Of a stretch of DNA of 64,000 nt, positions 7,701-14,456 are shown in pieces. Position 1 is the first letter of the stretch. Each line of letters opens with the position of its first letter. Under the pieces are notes generated by a model, which worked only from the letters and a program-made list of their open reading frames with translations, was not told where the DNA came from and made no database searches. This stretch comes from a virus. The DNA lies in IMG/VR virus record IMGVR_UViG_3300030616_000002, positions 1 through 64,000 of that record. One strand, written 5' to 3'. The translations under genes and the position numbers were made by a program.

Positions 7701-8548
7701 GTTCTACGCCTCGTCTGCCGACGATGGACTTCGCTGCGGATCTTGCAGAGTCGCTTGAGGTGCTGCGCGAGCACGAACCGGCAGAGGGCTACTACGGGCT
7801 ATTCTCCGGCGGCAAGGACTCGGTTGCGCTCAGGCACCTAGCCAAGATGGCGGGCGTCAAGGTGGCATGGCACTACAACGTCACCATAGACCCCCCGGAA
7901 CTTGTTCGCTTCATGCGTGAGCACTACCCGGACACCACCTGGCGTCGCTCGCCACACGGACCGTTCTTCAGGCGAGCAGCGGAGGTCAAGGGATTCCCGA
8001 TGGTGCGCCCGTGGCGAAACCGCTGGTGCTGTGATGAGTACAAGGAGCAGGGGAGCCCTCGGGGCGTGACGCTGCTGATGGGCGTGAGGGGCGAGGAGTC
8101 GGCATCGCGCGCCGCTGGCTGGGATGTCGTGGGGGAGTTTCGCAAGACCAAGACCAAGACGGTTGCGCCGCTCTATCGCTGGCCGAGCGATGACCTTTGG
8201 GACTTCATCCGTGGCGAGAGCGTGCCGTATTGCTCGCTCTATGATGAGGGATTCAAACGCCTAGGGTGCGTGGGCTGTCCCATGCCGGGTGCGGACGCAA
8301 GGCGCGCAGAGTTTGCACGTTGGCCACGGTTCGAGCAGCGATGGCAGTACGTTATTAAGCGCACATGGGAGCGCCGCAGCGGTACGACGCAGCGCGACGG
8401 GCAGCCGTGGTTCGGGTCGGCGTATTTCAAGGATTGGCGCGGGCTGTGGGAGTGGTGGCGTGACGGCTGTCGAGGCTTGCCTGCACCGAAAGACCCTTGC
8501 GGTATGAGCGCGGGGCCCTCGGAGCAGAACCAGGGAGGTGCGCGATGA
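7694..8548 (+). CDS. PAPS reductase-like PP-loop ATP pyrophosphatase family protein
   Basis: In frame with ORF 7496..8548. YYGLFSGGKDSVALRHLA is the SGGxDS PP-loop, and the C-terminal half is Cys-rich (WCC...CSLYDEGFKRLGCVGCP). Start chosen at ATG 7694, coupled to the upstream micro-ORF. Confidence 0.75.
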   Translation: MLSSTPRLPTMDFAADLAESLEVLREHEPAEGYYGLFSGGKDSVALRHLAKMAGVKVAWHYNVTIDPPELVRFMREHYPDTTWRRSPHGPFFRRAAEVKGFPMVRPWRNRWCCDEYKEQGSPRGVTLLMGVRGEESASRAAGWDVVGEFRKTKTKTVAPLYRWPSDDLWDFIRGESVPYCSLYDEGFKRLGCVGCPMPGADARRAEFARWPRFEQRWQYVIKRTWERRSGTTQRDGQPWFGSAYFKDWRGLWEWWRDGCRGLPAPKDPCGMSAGPSEQNQGGAR

Positions 8549-8569
8549 CCGCCATCGAGGAGGTGGACC

Positions 8570-8842
8570 GTGACTAGCCCTCACCTGACCCTGCTCCGCG
8601 TGGAGCAGATAGACGAGCAGTGCGCCGAGCGCGGCAACCAGTGGGCGCTGTGCCAGGACTGGCGGTGGTCTTTCGCCGCGCTGGCTGCGATGCCGTGTGA
8701 GCAGCGGCGTTATCTCGCGTGCGAGCACTGCGGAGAAACAGGGTGCGAGAATTGCAACGGCAGCGGCCTTGTTCCCGGCCCCGACTGCGGCTCCTGCCCT
8801 ACCTGCAAGGCGCGGAAGGCGCTTGAGGTGGACCGTGGGTAA
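8570..8842 (+). CDS. small Cys-rich zinc-finger protein (DnaJ-type CxxCxGxG-like repeats)
   Basis: 90 aa. CEHCGETGCENCNGSGLVPGPDCGSCPTC. The GTG start is defined by the junction motif at 8557-8572. Confidence 0.55.
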   Translation: MTSPHLTLLRVEQIDEQCAERGNQWALCQDWRWSFAALAAMPCEQRRYLACEHCGETGCENCNGSGLVPGPDCGSCPTCKARKALEVDRG

Positions 8843-9056
8843 GAGGACAGCATTCGACGACGAGCGCGCGGTCCCTCGTTGTTCTGCGGTCGGAGACTTG
8901 GAGTGGACGCTGCGCTACGGATATCCGACGCGGGACGACTTGTTGTTTGCGGCGTCGGTGTGCAATGTCTATACCACCATGTGCCTGGCCCGCAACGTAA
9001 AGCAGTTCAAGGCTATCGTTGATTTAGCCATGACGGAGGAGGTGGACCGTGGGTGA
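8835..9056 (+). CDS. hypothetical protein
   Basis: Tail of ORF 8697..9056. Start reassigned to the motif-defined GTG 8835 (MGKRTAFDDE...). Ends EEVDRG. Confidence 0.5.
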   Translation: MGKRTAFDDERAVPRCSAVGDLEWTLRYGYPTRDDLLFAASVCNVYTTMCLARNVKQFKAIVDLAMTEEVDRG

Positions 9057-9381
9057 CAAGGTGGTGCTCATTTCTGCTCACCCGCGATTCCAATACCAGA
9101 GAGGCAGGCGGCGCGGTGGCAATTACAATCAGGTGCTCGCCGCGCTGGGGGTCGTTGATGCGGACAAGGTGCCAGAATGCGTTTACGCTCGCGGTTGCGG
9201 CGCGAGGGCCGAGGTCTGGTTGCGGTTTATTGGAGGCCTTTCCGTAAACAAGTCACGGCTATCCGGAAAGCATTTCAAGGACAAGGCCGAAGCGAATGAG
9301 TGGGGCCGCATTCTGGCCAGCAACATGAAACTGCCGTTCTACAAGCGCGAACCGCGGCGAGAGGAGGTGGACCGTGGGTAA
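9049..9381 (+). CDS. hypothetical protein
   Basis: ORF track, 110 aa. Motif-defined GTG start; ends EEVDRG. Confidence 0.55.
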   Translation: MGDKVVLISAHPRFQYQRGRRRGGNYNQVLAALGVVDADKVPECVYARGCGARAEVWLRFIGGLSVNKSRLSGKHFKDKAEANEWGRILASNMKLPFYKREPRREEVDRG

Positions 9382-9745
9382 TCTGAGCAAGAACGCACAG
9401 CATATGTTGCTACATACCCTCGGCCTGACGAATAGCGACGAGATCTATCGAAACCATTTCGTTGCTGGCGATGTTCACTGCGACAAGCCGTATCTCGCAG
9501 AGCTAGTAGGTGCGGGATTGATGGTCGAGCGAACCGCGCCCGCGTTCTGTTCGGCCGACGACCGGCTATTCATGGCTACCGAGGAAGGGCGCGCTGCAGC
9601 ACTTCGAATCAAGCACGAGAACACGCCAAAGCTCACACGCTCACAGGAGCGCTATCAGCGGTATCTGCGCGTTGCAGATTGCTTCGAGAGCTTCCGCGAT
9701 TTTCTTAAATGGGACGGGGGCCGAAAGGAGGTGGACCGTGGGTGA
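9374..9745 (+). CDS. hypothetical protein
   Basis: ORF track, 123 aa. Motif-defined GTG start; ends KEVDRG. Confidence 0.55.
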   Translation: MGNLSKNAQHMLLHTLGLTNSDEIYRNHFVAGDVHCDKPYLAELVGAGLMVERTAPAFCSADDRLFMATEEGRAAALRIKHENTPKLTRSQERYQRYLRVADCFESFRDFLKWDGGRKEVDRG

Positions 9746-10127
9746 CGCGCGGGACCCGTTAGCTTCCGTGTTGGCCGAGGTTCGCCAAGAACGAGCGCTT
9801 CAAGATAGGCGCTGGGGCGAGCAGAATCACAGCCCCGCGCAGTATTTGGCAATCCTAGCTGAAGAGTTCGGCGAGGCTGCCAAAGAGGCGGTTGAAGCCG
9901 AGTTTGAGAAGCCCTGGGGAGATCCACGCGCCCGGTTGCGTGAAGAGTTAGTGCAGACGGCAGCCGTGGCAGTAGCATTTATCGAGTGCCTAGATCGAAA
10001 CGTGCCAGAGCGCATCGTGGCACGCAGGTTGTTCAATGCTGTTGCGGAGTGCGCAACGCAGAAATGGGCAGAAGAGGTATCCGAGAAATACCCCGGTCTT
10101 CTGTCCAGCGGGGAGTATCACCGATGA
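9738..10127 (+). CDS. MazG-like nucleotide pyrophosphohydrolase (candidate)
   Basis: Tail of ORF 9672..10127 from the motif-defined GTG 9738. RRWGEQNHSPAQYLAILAEEFGEAAKE...ELVQTAAVAVAFIE matches the EExGE / helical pattern of phage MazG-like proteins (recalled). Confidence 0.5.
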   Translation: MGDARDPLASVLAEVRQERALQDRRWGEQNHSPAQYLAILAEEFGEAAKEAVEAEFEKPWGDPRARLREELVQTAAVAVAFIECLDRNVPERIVARRLFNAVAECATQKWAEEVSEKYPGLLSSGEYHR

Positions 10128-10221
10128 GTGACGCGCGGGAGCTGCAGAAGCGATTGCGCGTCGAGGAGGTGGACCGTGGCGACTGACCTCGAACAGGCTG
10201 ACAGAGGGAGGGGGGAGCAGG

Positions 10222-10494
10222 ATGCTATCTGACGAAACGATTGAGGTGCTGCGGAATGGCGAGAGACTTCGCGGCTACATGCTGCGCTCTGGCGGGAAGT
10301 GGCTCGGCGCGGCGCGAACGTGGTTGCAGTGGAACCGCATCAACGGCGAGCGCGTAACGTGGGGCAGCGACGACGTGCTTGAACCACACTTCACTGCTCG
10401 CGATGTCGAGGAACTCGCCGCAGAGGTAGCGGCAGCAGCAATGACGGAGGCGGCGCGAATCCTCGCTGAGCCGGAGGAGGTGGACCGTGGGTGA
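10222..10494 (+). CDS. hypothetical protein
   Basis: ORF track, 90 aa. GGGAGGGGGGAG lies upstream. Ends EEVDRG. Confidence 0.5.
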   Translation: MLSDETIEVLRNGERLRGYMLRSGGKWLGAARTWLQWNRINGERVTWGSDDVLEPHFTARDVEELAAEVAAAAMTEAARILAEPEEVDRG

Positions 10495-10825
10495 CAGCAA
10501 GCCGTTGACCGAGGCCGAGGCGAAGCGACTCGTAGAGTGGTGGCGCGAGGAGATCGGGAATAGCGATGTCACCATCGAGACTGACTTCGCCGTAGATGTT
10601 GCTGATTGCTTGGCCGGATTGCTGGACGCCGCGCGGGCCGAGATCGAGCGGCTGCGGCGGAGGCGGGACGAGGCGGCGTGGACCTCGGATCAGGTGGAGG
10701 CGGCGCTTCGGGACTTTGTGAACGCGGCGAACCTGCTGACAGAAAAACGAGGCCTCATCCAACCGTTTCTCGCGCTGTTCGTGAGGCACGCTGAAATCAT
10801 CGCCGCGTTGGACGGAGGTGAGTGA
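10487..10825 (+). CDS. hypothetical protein (paralog of 10822..11145)
   Basis: 112 aa. Shares RDEAAWTSDQVE and the ALDGGE C-terminus with the next ORF. Confidence 0.55.
   Translation: MGDSKPLTEAEAKRLVEWWREEIGNSDVTIETDFAVDVADCLAGLLDAARAEIERLRRRRDEAAWTSDQVEAALRDFVNAANLLTEKRGLIQPFLALFVRHAEIIAALDGGE
10664..10700 (+). repeat. 37-nt perfect direct repeat, copy 1 (CGGGACGAGGCGGCGTGGACCTCGGATCAGGTGGAGG)
   Basis: Read directly; identical to 10984-11020. Confidence 0.9.
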
Positions 10826-11145
10826 TGCTGCGGCTGACAGATGAGGAGCGAAATCGTTGGCCCGATGTGCCTTATAGAAAATCAGAGGAGAATGAATTAC
10901 GCCGATGGCAAAAAAGCGGGGGGCGACAGCAGACCGTTGAGCAACGTCGCATCTGGGCCACGCTGGACGCCGCGCGGGCGGAGCGGGACGAGGCGGCGTG
11001 GACCTCGGATCAGGTGGAGGAGGCCGTCCGGGGCGCGTGCACCTGCGGGGGCGGCGGGCCTGGTGACTGCTGTCCTGCGTGCGAGGTGTGGCATCGGCTC
11101 GTGAGCGGTGCGCCGTGGGATGCGGCGCTGGACGGGGGTGAGTGA
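10822..11145 (+). CDS. hypothetical protein (paralog of 10487..10825)
   Basis: 107 aa; ATGA overlaps on both sides. Confidence 0.55.
   Translation: MMLRLTDEERNRWPDVPYRKSEENELRRWQKSGGRQQTVEQRRIWATLDAARAERDEAAWTSDQVEEAVRGACTCGGGGPGDCCPACEVWHRLVSGAPWDAALDGGE
10984..11020 (+). repeat. 37-nt perfect direct repeat, copy 2
   Basis: Read directly; identical to 10664-10700. Confidence 0.9.
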
Positions 11146-11408
11146 TGCTGACGCGCGTCCGAGTGGAGCAATGGCTAGTAGGTATGAGTAGCGGCGAAGC
11201 GGAGAAACTCTTTGTTGTGCAACTCGCACGCGACTGGCTCACCCTGAAGGCCGAGCGGGACTGGGCCGTCGAGGCGCTGGCGGGGATGCCGTGCCAAAAG
11301 CCCGTCGAGCCAGAACCCGGCACCGAGGGATGGCTCGACTGCGGGCAGGTGCGAGGCCGAGAACTCTGCCCTCCCTGCAAGGCGCGGGCGATGCGAGGTG
11401 AGCGATGA
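11142..11408 (+). CDS. hypothetical protein
   Basis: ORF track, 88 aa; ATGA overlaps. Confidence 0.5.
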   Translation: MMLTRVRVEQWLVGMSSGEAEKLFVVQLARDWLTLKAERDWAVEALAGMPCQKPVEPEPGTEGWLDCGQVRGRELCPPCKARAMRGER

Positions 11409-11848
11409 AGTTTAAAGTGCTGTGTAGGCGGCTTGGCGATCTTGACGGCCATACGTGGGAAGAAAATTACGAGAAAGACGCCGTGAAGACAATTGCCGAT
11501 GCGTGGCAGTGGGCCGAGGCAACGGTAAAGAGCTTCAACGATACCCTTCGAGCAGGAGAACATGCCCGCGAGGTTGTTGATGTGGAGGCAGATGAAAGCA
11601 CGGCCGCCTTCAAGAAGGAACACGACTGGGAGAAAACAAACAAGGTGACCATACTCAAGGGCGGCTTAATGTACGACACCTATGTTTGTACGGCATGCGG
11701 GATCACAGCGAAGCGCTATTCCTTGTCGTGGCCACCCACGATAGACAGCAAGTACAGAGCCAAAGTGTACAGAAGATGCGACACAGCGCAAAGGCATCTT
11801 GAAAAACGAGCCCGCGCATTAGAGGGCGATGAAGGAGGCCAGCGATGA
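11405..11848 (+). CDS. hypothetical protein
   Basis: ORF track, 147 aa. Visibly lower GC than neighbours. CxxC pair (YVCTACG). Confidence 0.55.
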   Translation: MKFKVLCRRLGDLDGHTWEENYEKDAVKTIADAWQWAEATVKSFNDTLRAGEHAREVVDVEADESTAAFKKEHDWEKTNKVTILKGGLMYDTYVCTACGITAKRYSLSWPPTIDSKYRAKVYRRCDTAQRHLEKRARALEGDEGGQR

Positions 11849-12078
11849 ATGAGCGGACCTGCGAGACCTGCGTGTGCAAACCGGTGTGCATTCTCACCGA
11901 CACGGATCAGATGGGGAGCGACAAGTTCTGCGAGCACTGGCGCGGCGACGACTCGGCTGTCGTGGAGGCGGCGAGGGAGGCTGTGGCACTTGGTCACAAC
12001 GACGACTGCATGTTCTGCGGCTTCAAAGATAAGGCGCTATTAGCCGCGCTCGACGCGCTGGAGGTGGACCGTGGGTAG
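11845..12078 (+). CDS. small Cys-rich protein (tandem paralog 1)
   Basis: 77 aa. The RTCETCVCKPVC...CEHWRGDDSAVV pattern is shared with the next ORF. Ends LEVDRG. Confidence 0.55.
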   Translation: MNERTCETCVCKPVCILTDTDQMGSDKFCEHWRGDDSAVVEAAREAVALGHNDDCMFCGFKDKALLAALDALEVDRG

Positions 12079-12295
12079 AACCTGCTCGACGTGCGCGCAC
12101 CTAGAGGTGTGTCGCTACACGCCGCTGTACGCTGGAGGCCGAGCTATCGGGTGCGGTGACGGCCTGCCGCACTGGCGCGGCGACCGCGAGGCTGTGGTGG
12201 GTCTGTTGCGAGAGACACTGGAGTGGGTGCCAGATATGGATATGAGGAACAGGATACGCGCCGCGCTCGCCGCGCTGGAGGTGGACCGTGGGTGA
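12071..12295 (+). CDS. small Cys-rich protein (tandem paralog 2)
   Basis: 74 aa. RTCSTCAHLEVC...HWRGDREAVV. Ends LEVDRG. Confidence 0.55.
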   Translation: MGRTCSTCAHLEVCRYTPLYAGGRAIGCGDGLPHWRGDREAVVGLLRETLEWVPDMDMRNRIRAALAALEVDRG

Positions 12296-12316
12296 AAAAC
12301 AAAAAGGAGAAGCGAG

Positions 12317-12523
12317 ATGAAGATCAGCAGGACAAGCACGATGGAACTCAGATACGAAATGAGTTTCAAGGAGTTCGTCAGGGCGATGTGGGGATCGGTT
12401 GATGGCGACAGTCTCCCGGAAGACGGAGAAGGAGTCGTGGTCGAGAATATAGTCATCGACGCAGATGCGGAATTTGTAACCATCGACCTCCGAGCCTCCG
12501 GCGAAACAGAAATCGAGAAGTGA
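12317..12523 (+). CDS. hypothetical acidic protein
   Basis: ORF track, 68 aa. AAGGAG lies upstream. The ATG overlaps the stop of a 10-codon mini-ORF opened by the motif GTG at 12288. Confidence 0.45.
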   Translation: MKISRTSTMELRYEMSFKEFVRAMWGSVDGDSLPEDGEGVVVENIVIDADAEFVTIDLRASGETEIEK

Positions 12524-12534
12524 AGAGGTGGACC

Positions 12535-12798
12535 GTGGCGACTGACCTGCGAGAAAAGATCCGTCAGCGAATCAAGACCATGTCACCGGCACAGCTAGGT
12601 CAGTGCTACGATGCGCTGTTCAGTCGTCGCTGCCTGTCCTGCGCACAGGTCGAGCAAGGCGATGGCGACCTGGCCGAGGGCAAGAACTTCATGGACGATG
12701 GAGGCGACGGGCTTGTCTATTGCCAGCGATACGAAATCTGGGTGTCGGGCTGGCACAACAAGAACCCGCACTGCTACGAGGAGGTGGACCGTGACTGA
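12535..12798 (+). CDS. hypothetical protein
   Basis: In frame with ORF 12520..12798. Start moved to the motif-defined GTG 12535 (MATDLREKIR...). Ends EEVDRD. Confidence 0.5.
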   Translation: MATDLREKIRQRIKTMSPAQLGQCYDALFSRRCLSCAQVEQGDGDLAEGKNFMDDGGDGLVYCQRYEIWVSGWHNKNPHCYEEVDRD

Positions 12799-14452
12799 TA
12801 GGACTTGCGATAGCTGCGAGCACCTCCGTGCCGAGCTGGCATCCGCGTACGACGACCTGCGGAGCAAGGGCGAGCGGATAGCGCGGCTGGTAGAGGCGGC
12901 GCAGGCGCGGCGGTGGACTACCGAGCCGCCGGCAGAACCGGGGTGGTACTGGTTTCGGTTGACCCCTCGCATAATTGAGGTTGTAGAAGTAGTGAGGCAC
13001 CCGCAGCGGGCCGGACTGCTATTCAAGACAAAAACGTCACAATGGATGAAGATCGAAGAAGGCGGCGAGTGGTGCGGCCCCATCCCCGCCCCCGACGCCG
13101 CGCAGCCGACAGGGGATCCCGCGGAGCCCTGCAGCCTCGCTGATGCGGCGATCTGCCCGCACAGCGATCCGGAGCGAGATGCGCTGGAGCCCTGCGCTAC
13201 GTGCGGAGGCGAGCGACGGCGGCTCGTGCGCGCCGAGGGGCACGAGGGCATGGTCTGGGTAGATTGCCCCGACTGCGCGCCCGCAGCGGAGAGCATCGAG
13301 GAAACCATCGAGCGTCGGGCAAAGGAGATGCCAGTGGAGCCCTGCGCTGAGCCGTGTGACAGAGCGCACGCAATCGGCTGTCCTGACCTGGATTCGGATC
13401 GCTGCGTGAAGCCACACGAGCGTTCTGCGGAAGCGGCCGAGCCCGCAGCGGAGAGTAATGGGTATCCCGACCGAGCAGATATCGCCCGCGAGCAGTTCGC
13501 GGAACTGGCTGACACCGCGCCCGCAGCGGAGAGCAATACCTGCGGGGAGTGCGCGGAGTGGCCGCTGGACGAGCGCGGCAAACCCGTCCTCTACTGGAAA
13601 CTGCCGACCTGTGGAGCCAAGCCAGAGAGCGGAGCGCTGAACCGTGACGCGATACCCTGCGAGCACTTCCGCCCCCGCACCGAGGACAGCGCAGAGGCGA
13701 TCACGTTCACGGTCAGCTATCACCCCGAGCCGCCCGGCGGATACGCTACCGTCCTGGAGTGCCCGGGCTGCATCTCGCAGGGCACCACGCGGGACAGGTG
13801 CATTGCCTCTACGCTAGAGGCCCTGGCTAACTGGTGGCGTGCGGATACCGACACCGACACGGACGGTGATACGGAATCACAAGAGAAATCCGATTCGGAT
13901 ACGGAAAACCCCAGTGATTCTGACACCGACTCCGACACGGACACGGACACCGACACGGAAGACAATTTAGGAGCCGTGGCCCTGCGCCGGGACCTCGACG
14001 CCCTGGCCGAGAAACTCGAACATGCTGACGCCGGGTTATCGGTACAGATCATGAAGCTGCGCTCCGACCTCGCGGCGCTGCGAATCGACATGGGGAAACA
14101 CTGCGCGACAGCGACGGACCTGGAGGAGCTGGCCGAGAAACTTTTTCTAGCAGAGGAGCACTGGCAGACGGACGTTGGTGTGCTACGGGGCACGCTAGAG
14201 GGCAAGTGGCCGCCGGATTCTGTAGCCAGGCTGGCCGAGAAGGTGGAGCGGCTGGAGCGTGGCGTCCACCCCCGCTCCACGCAGATAAAAGCACTATTCG
14301 GGCGCCTCGACGCGCTGGAGAACGCGGAGCCCTGTTGCCACGAGCGCGGCGCGAGCGGCAAGCCGGTGCCGTGCGATCTTCGCTCCCTAGAAGCCGACCT
14401 CACCGAGCGCATCGAAGCCTTGGAGCGCGCCCTAGAGCGCGAGGAGGAGTAG
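12791..14452 (+). CDS. large multidomain protein (Cys clusters, HicB-like segment, Asp-Thr/Asp-Ser repeat, C-terminal coiled coil)
   Basis: In frame with ORF 12611..14452, from the motif-defined GTG 12791. ITFTVSYHPEPPGGYATVLECPGCISQGTTRDRCIASTLEAL resembles the HicB/UPF0150 fold. DTDTDTDGDT...DSDTDSDTDTDTDT is an acidic repeat, and the C-terminus is rich in heptad-like LxxL/E. Confidence 0.6.
   Translation: MTDRTCDSCEHLRAELASAYDDLRSKGERIARLVEAAQARRWTTEPPAEPGWYWFRLTPRIIEVVEVVRHPQRAGLLFKTKTSQWMKIEEGGEWCGPIPAPDAAQPTGDPAEPCSLADAAICPHSDPERDALEPCATCGGERRRLVRAEGHEGMVWVDCPDCAPAAESIEETIERRAKEMPVEPCAEPCDRAHAIGCPDLDSDRCVKPHERSAEAAEPAAESNGYPDRADIAREQFAELADTAPAAESNTCGECAEWPLDERGKPVLYWKLPTCGAKPESGALNRDAIPCEHFRPRTEDSAEAITFTVSYHPEPPGGYATVLECPGCISQGTTRDRCIASTLEALANWWRADTDTDTDGDTESQEKSDSDTENPSDSDTDSDTDTDTDTEDNLGAVALRRDLDALAEKLEHADAGLSVQIMKLRSDLAALRIDMGKHCATATDLEELAEKLFLAEEHWQTDVGVLRGTLEGKWPPDSVARLAEKVERLERGVHPRSTQIKALFGRLDALENAEPCCHERGASGKPVPCDLRSLEADLTERIEALERALEREEE
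13844..13963 (+). repeat. imperfect GAC-ACN/GAT-TCN microsatellite-like repeat encoding (D-T/S)n
   Basis: Read directly: gataccgacaccgacacggacggtgatacg...gacaccgactccgacacggacacggacaccgacacggaagac. Confidence 0.85.
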
Positions 14453-14456
14453 GACG

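Larger units (their letters stand above)
7548..12793 (+). repeat. array of 12 start-associated sequence copies (core AGGTGGACCGTG, usually GAGGAGGTGGACCGTG)
   Basis: Copies read at 7548-7564, 8557-8572, 8825-8837, 9036-9051, 9361-9376, 9727-9740, 10163-10178, 10474-10489, 12061-12073, 12277-12290, 12524-12537 and 12778-12793. In each copy the terminal GTG opens a reading frame. Confidence 0.9.

Noticed and set aside
10391-11623. 410-aa minus-strand ORF, the longest ORF in the small-gene region.
   Set aside because: Pro/Arg/Ser/Ala-rich low-complexity translation. It lies antisense to a chain of plus-strand ORFs that have SD sequences and interlocking ATGA overlaps, which is the typical open shadow frame of GC-rich coding DNA.
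7548-12793. Could the 12 short repeats be a CRISPR array?
   Set aside because: The repeats are only 12-21 nt. Spacing is irregular (about 200-1700 nt). Every interval is an ORF that begins at the repeat's GTG, and no cas genes are present.
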